DNA of 63,579 nucleotides, filler included, from Anaerolineae bacterium (GTDB lineage Bacteria; Chloroflexota; Anaerolineae; Epilineales; Epilineaceae): NCBI GenBank assembly GCA_029262755.1. It is 6 parts of 6 records of this genome, joined end to end, with 100 filler letters (N's around TTAATTAATTAA, not from the genome) between each part and the next. Parts side by side here need not be neighbours in the genome. Positions count along the whole stretch, not along the records: positions 59,480 to 63,579 come from JAJCYU010000131.1; 5 more parts are not named here. The stretch is one strand, 5' to 3'. The position numbers were made by a program, and so were the translations under genes. Of this stretch, positions 60,030 to 63,579 are shown piece by piece (the stretch's first letter is position 1; each line of letters opens with the position of its first letter). Below the pieces are notes generated by a model. The model saw nothing but the letters and a program-made list of their open reading frames with translations, ran no database searches and had not been told where the DNA came from.

Positions 60030-60686
60030 ATGCAAGGCATATCAAGCGACACCAACCGAATGGACGAGATGTATCGTTATCAGCGATACTTCTATGATGT
60101 CACTCGAAAAGCATATCTATTGGGCAGGGACCATATGATCGCTTCGCTCGATGTTCCTGTCGGCGGCTCGGTCCTTGAGGTCGGATGCGGAACAGCGCGA
60201 AACTTGATCCGAACTGCGATCAGCTTCCCCAAGGCTAATTGCTACGGTTTTGATCTGTCTGAACAGATGCTGATCACTGCAAGAAGTAACGTCGAGAAAA
60301 AGAGCTTGAGCGACCGGATGATAATCGCGCAAGCCGATGCGACCAAGTTCGACCCCGTTGAAACATTTGGCCAGAATGGCTTTGACCGAGTGTTTGTCGC
60401 TTACTCTCTGTGCATTATTCCCGACTGGGAGCTTGCGCTTGATAGATCTTTTCGCGCCGTAAAGCCTGGCGGCTCTTTGCATCTCGTTGATTTCGGAGAG
60501 CAAGAGCGCTTACCCAGGCTTTTTCGGTCAGCTCTGCGTACGTGGCTGAGGCAGTTTGGGGTTTTTCCGCAGAAGGATATGGACGCTGAGCTAAGGCGGC
60601 GGCTGGACGGACAATATTTCAATTTCAAATTCGAGTCGATTTATCGTGGGTATGCTTATCATGCGATTATATCGCGGAAAGCGTAA
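60030..60686 (+). CDS. btaB: BtaB-like SAM-dependent N-methyltransferase (betaine lipid synthesis family)
   Basis: MDEMYRYQRYFYDVTRKAYLLGRD, LEVGCGTARNL, YSLCIIPDW, GSLHLVDFG. Start uncertain (ORF open from 59937). Confidence 0.75.
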   Translation: MQGISSDTNRMDEMYRYQRYFYDVTRKAYLLGRDHMIASLDVPVGGSVLEVGCGTARNLIRTAISFPKANCYGFDLSEQMLITARSNVEKKSLSDRMIIAQADATKFDPVETFGQNGFDRVFVAYSLCIIPDWELALDRSFRAVKPGGSLHLVDFGEQERLPRLFRSALRTWLRQFGVFPQKDMDAELRRRLDGQYFNFKFESIYRGYAYHAIISRKA

Positions 60687-60748
60687 GAATGCTTTCCGCG
60701 TTCGCTGTGTCGACCAAGACTTGCAGCATATTGTGGCGTTGCAAATAT

Positions 60749-60783
60749 GGAGACCAGGAGCCGTATGTGGTTCCTGGTCTCCA
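60749..60783. terminator. Strong hairpin terminator downstream of the two peptide genes
   Basis: TGGAGACCAGGAGCC-GTATGT-GGTTCCTGGTCTCCA. Confidence 0.8.
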
Positions 60784-60804
60784 GTAGTTAATCAGCTGCT
60801 GAAA

Positions 60805-60930
60805 TTAATCGCCTTCGAAGACGCTTGTGTCGAAGGGCGGGGGAGATTGAGGCTTCGAAGTGTGTGCCTGGGCCACCGTGGCTCCTGCCATAGCGGCGAT
60901 CAAGGCTCCAATCAGAAGGAACTGTTTCAT
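60805..60930 (-). CDS. Small secreted peptide precursor B (41 aa)
   Basis: AAGGAG RBS; MKQFLLIGALIAAMAGATVAQA|HTSKPQSPPPFDTSVFEGD*. Below the ORF-track cutoff. Confidence 0.8.
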   Translation of the reverse strand: MKQFLLIGALIAAMAGATVAQAHTSKPQSPPPFDTSVFEGD

Positions 60931-60976
60931 TGTTTCTCTCCTTATTACGGACTATCCATGTCAGATCATCAACTAT

Positions 60977-61105
60977 TTAGTCGCCCTGGAAAACTGGGCT
61001 ATCAAGTATCGTCGAGGGCTTCTCAATATTGACGGTGTGAGCCTGGGCGACTGATGCCGCACCGAGAGACGCGATGATTGCCGCGATAATTGCAAAATGC
61101 TTCAT
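60977..61105 (-). CDS. Small secreted peptide precursor A (42 aa)
   Basis: GGAG RBS 8 nt upstream; MKHFAIIAAIIASLGAASVAQA|HTVNIEKPSTILDSPVFQGD*. Confidence 0.8.
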   Translation of the reverse strand: MKHFAIIAAIIASLGAASVAQAHTVNIEKPSTILDSPVFQGD

Positions 61106-61209
61106 GATCATTTCTCCATTTTTAAGTTGAGTTCGTTTCAGCGCTATCGCGTTTCGCGACGCCGATGAGATGAACCTACTCGACTTGGAAAGGAGAGCGA
61201 GCTTTGCTG

Positions 61210-61254
61210 TGTAACGAAAAACAACAGCCAGCTCATTTGTTACAGGGCGTTACA
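61210..61254. promoter_or_regulatory. Candidate OmpR-family operator: GTTACA-N4-GTTACA plus an inverted TGTAAC
   Basis: GTTACA at 61239 and 61249 (10-bp period) and TGTAAC at 61210, in the divergent intergenic region. Confidence 0.65.
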
Positions 61255-61323
61255 AAAAGCGCGTTCGCTACGGGCACATGAGCCGATATACCGGTAACTG
61301 GAATGTTTGAAAGGACCTAACGG

Positions 61324-62052
61324 GTGAGCACGACGTCGCCGCACATCCTGGTCGTCGATGATGATCGCGAAATCCGTGATCTCGTCGCGCGGCACCTGAA
61401 AAAGCACGGCTTCAGGGTCGACGTCGCTTCGGGTGGCGTTGAAATGAAAGAAGCCGTCCTCAGGTCACGCCTTGACCTGATCATCCTCGACCGTGTGATG
61501 CCGGGCGAAGACGGGTTGACGCTATGCCGCAATCTGCGGGCCTCATCGAATATCCCCGTGATCCTTTTGACCTTGCTTGGTTCTGACACGGACCGGATCG
61601 TCGGTTTGGAAGTCGGCGCTGACGACTATCTGCCCAAGCCGTTCAATCCAGAGGAACTTGTCGCGCGCATTCGCGCGGTATTACGGCGGGCGCAAGCCCT
61701 GCCCACAAACAAAAGCGCGAAGATCGAGCGCGTTCTTTCCTTCGCAGGCTGGACGCTCGATTGTCGAGCGCGACGATTGACATCGCCAGACGGGGTTGTC
61801 GTGACACTTACCGATGGTGAATTCGAGTTGCTGCGTGCACTTGCCGAACGTCCTGGCGTAATCCTAAGTCGCGACGAACTCCTGGACCTCACGAGCGGGC
61901 GCGAGCCAGGCCTGTTTGACCGCAGCGTCGACATGCAAATCATGCGCTTGCGGCGCAGGCTTGCGGCCCACAATGACGCCAACGACATCATCAAGACTAT
62001 ACGTCAGCAGGGGTATATATTCGCGGCCGACGTCGAGGAGGCTGAACATTGA
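61324..62052 (+). CDS. OmpR-family response regulator
   Basis: LVVDDD, ILDRVMPGEDG, GADDYLPKPF, DRSVDMQIMRLRR, KTIRQQGY. Confidence 0.95.
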   Translation: MSTTSPHILVVDDDREIRDLVARHLKKHGFRVDVASGGVEMKEAVLRSRLDLIILDRVMPGEDGLTLCRNLRASSNIPVILLTLLGSDTDRIVGLEVGADDYLPKPFNPEELVARIRAVLRRAQALPTNKSAKIERVLSFAGWTLDCRARRLTSPDGVVVTLTDGEFELLRALAERPGVILSRDELLDLTSGREPGLFDRSVDMQIMRLRRRLAAHNDANDIIKTIRQQGYIFAADVEEAEH

Positions 62053-63452
62053 GACGCCATCTCGATACTCTGCGTGGCCGCGCCTTCGTTTTGATCCTGG
62101 GTCTGCTCGTCATATCAAATGCAGCAGCGCTTTGGCTATACGGCGGCCGGCATGACGATGCGATGGATGCCCTGCACGACGTCATGGTCGCCGAGCAAGC
62201 CGCAATCATCTTTCAACTCATGGATCGGTTGCCACCCGATCAACGGCAAGCCGTGGCAGGTGCGCTTTCCGGCGCCTTATTGCATGTCCGGGTCGGCAAC
62301 GATCTTTCGCAGACCGCAGTGCGGCTAACCGAGCCGAGATCAGACCGGATTGGCAGCATCATCAACGCGCTCCTTGAACGGACCCAGCACGATCGGATTC
62401 GCGTCGCCTTAAGCATCGACCTGGGTGATCGAGTTCCTGACAACAGCCCGACGCGACCTCACGAGGATGCCTTGGCGAAGGCTGCGTTGTCGCAAGCGAC
62501 ACTGACCAACGTTCGCTTGCAGGGCCGAGTTGAGGCGACGGCTCCACTCTCAGATGGGGCAGAACTGACTGTTGAAAGCCGGCTCATGTCGGTACCTCAT
62601 TTTTCCTGGGCTCAATTGTTGCCGTCACTCATTGCACTCACGTTGTCGGCTCTCGCGATCGCATTCCTCGTGCTCGGCCGCCTGACTGCACCGCTTCAGC
62701 TGCTTGAAAACGCAGCCCATCGGCTCTCTACAAATATCAATGCGCCGCCGCTCGTCGAATCGGGGCCCTCTGAAGTCCGATCGGCAACGGGTGCGTTCAA
62801 TGCCCTCCAAGAGCGAATCAAAGAACTGATTGCGGACCGAACGGCCACAGCCGCGGCGATTGCACATGATCTGGGCACTCCGGTCACCCGGATGCGTCTC
62901 CGAGCCTTCGACATCGCGGACAACGAACTGCGCAACAAACTTTATTCCGATCTCGACCAGATGCAGCGGATGATCTCCGGCGCGCTGGATTTTACACGGC
63001 TCGATTTCCAACACGAGGAGGCTCAAAAGGTCGACTTGCTATCCATCGTCGAGAGCATCTCAGAGGACCTGACTGACGTGGGCGAACTGGTTGCTGTTCA
63101 AACGAGTCCACCCGTCACGTTGGTCACCAAACCCGTTCTCCTGCGTCGAGCACTCACAAACCTGATCAAGAATGCCGTCGCTTACGGACAGGCAGCCGAT
63201 ATCAACGTGAAAGATACGGGAGGACATGTGGAGATTGCCGTTTTTGACGATGGCCCTGGCCTCAGCGATGCCGAGTGGATTGAGGCGTCGCAACCCTTTC
63301 AACGCTTGCAGCAAGCAACCGTGACAAATGGAACTGGCCTCGGCCTCACCATTGCGCATCGGATCATAGAAAACCTAGGCGGCTCCCTTTCAAAAAGGGC
63401 CGGCTCAGATGGTCGCTTTGGCGTTGTCGTCACACTTCCGAATGCTTCGTGA
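62049..63452 (+). CDS. Sensor histidine kinase (2 TM, HAMP, HisKA, HATPase)
   Basis: AIAHDLGTPVTR, NLIKNA, DDGPG, GTGLGL; 4-nt overlap with the regulator. Confidence 0.95.
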   Translation: MRRHLDTLRGRAFVLILGLLVISNAAALWLYGGRHDDAMDALHDVMVAEQAAIIFQLMDRLPPDQRQAVAGALSGALLHVRVGNDLSQTAVRLTEPRSDRIGSIINALLERTQHDRIRVALSIDLGDRVPDNSPTRPHEDALAKAALSQATLTNVRLQGRVEATAPLSDGAELTVESRLMSVPHFSWAQLLPSLIALTLSALAIAFLVLGRLTAPLQLLENAAHRLSTNINAPPLVESGPSEVRSATGAFNALQERIKELIADRTATAAAIAHDLGTPVTRMRLRAFDIADNELRNKLYSDLDQMQRMISGALDFTRLDFQHEEAQKVDLLSIVESISEDLTDVGELVAVQTSPPVTLVTKPVLLRRALTNLIKNAVAYGQAADINVKDTGGHVEIAVFDDGPGLSDAEWIEASQPFQRLQQATVTNGTGLGLTIAHRIIENLGGSLSKRAGSDGRFGVVVTLPNAS

Positions 63453-63475
63453 ACTCGTAATAGGACATCACCAAA

Positions 63476-63579
63476 ATGGATCGAACAACCTGGATCATGC
63501 TGACAGTGGTCATCATTGTTTGTACCACGGCATGGCTTCTCTGGCCCGCAAATGCCGGTTTCAAGCCTTTGGACGTCAA
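63476..63579 (+). CDS. Start of an exported/membrane protein (truncated by window end)
   Basis: AGGA upstream; MDRTTWIMLTVVIIVCTTAWLLWPANAGFKPLDV... Confidence 0.5.
   Translation, partial: MDRTTWIMLTVVIIVCTTAWLLWPANAGFKPLDV

Overview
The window is six unrelated contigs joined by five 100-nt artificial spacers (N44-TTAATTAATTAA-N44), so gene context cannot be read across the joins. Contigs 1-5 (1-59379) are very GC-rich and look like a Chloroflexota (Anaerolineae-like) bacterium; this is an inference from the Pro/Thr-linker secreted proteins with a recurring 'xxLP' motif and the large GT-C membrane proteins. They carry an antioxidant locus (animal-type heme peroxidase, an in-frame peroxiredoxin-MnSOD fusion, a lone E2 acyltransferase), a VapBC toxin-antitoxin pair, a pgi-gnd-zwf-pgl operon, an AhpD-like gene split by an in-frame UGA with a SECIS-like hairpin (probable selenoprotein), glycosylation genes, pdp, trmFO-hflX, dnaX, htpG, tandem ddl genes plus a murF-alr fusion, and a cupredoxin-ScyD/E protein. 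Contig 6 (59480-63579) is visibly more AT-rich and alphaproteobacterial in gene content. It holds two short secreted-peptide genes missed by the ORF track (signal peptide, AQA|HT...VF[QE]GD), transcribed divergently from an OmpR/histidine kinase pair. Top leads: the Prx-SOD fusion with an internal RBS, the CxxU selenoprotein, the peptide/two-component module, a C-rich-loop sRNA upstream of htpG, and a two-copy MITE-like repeat.
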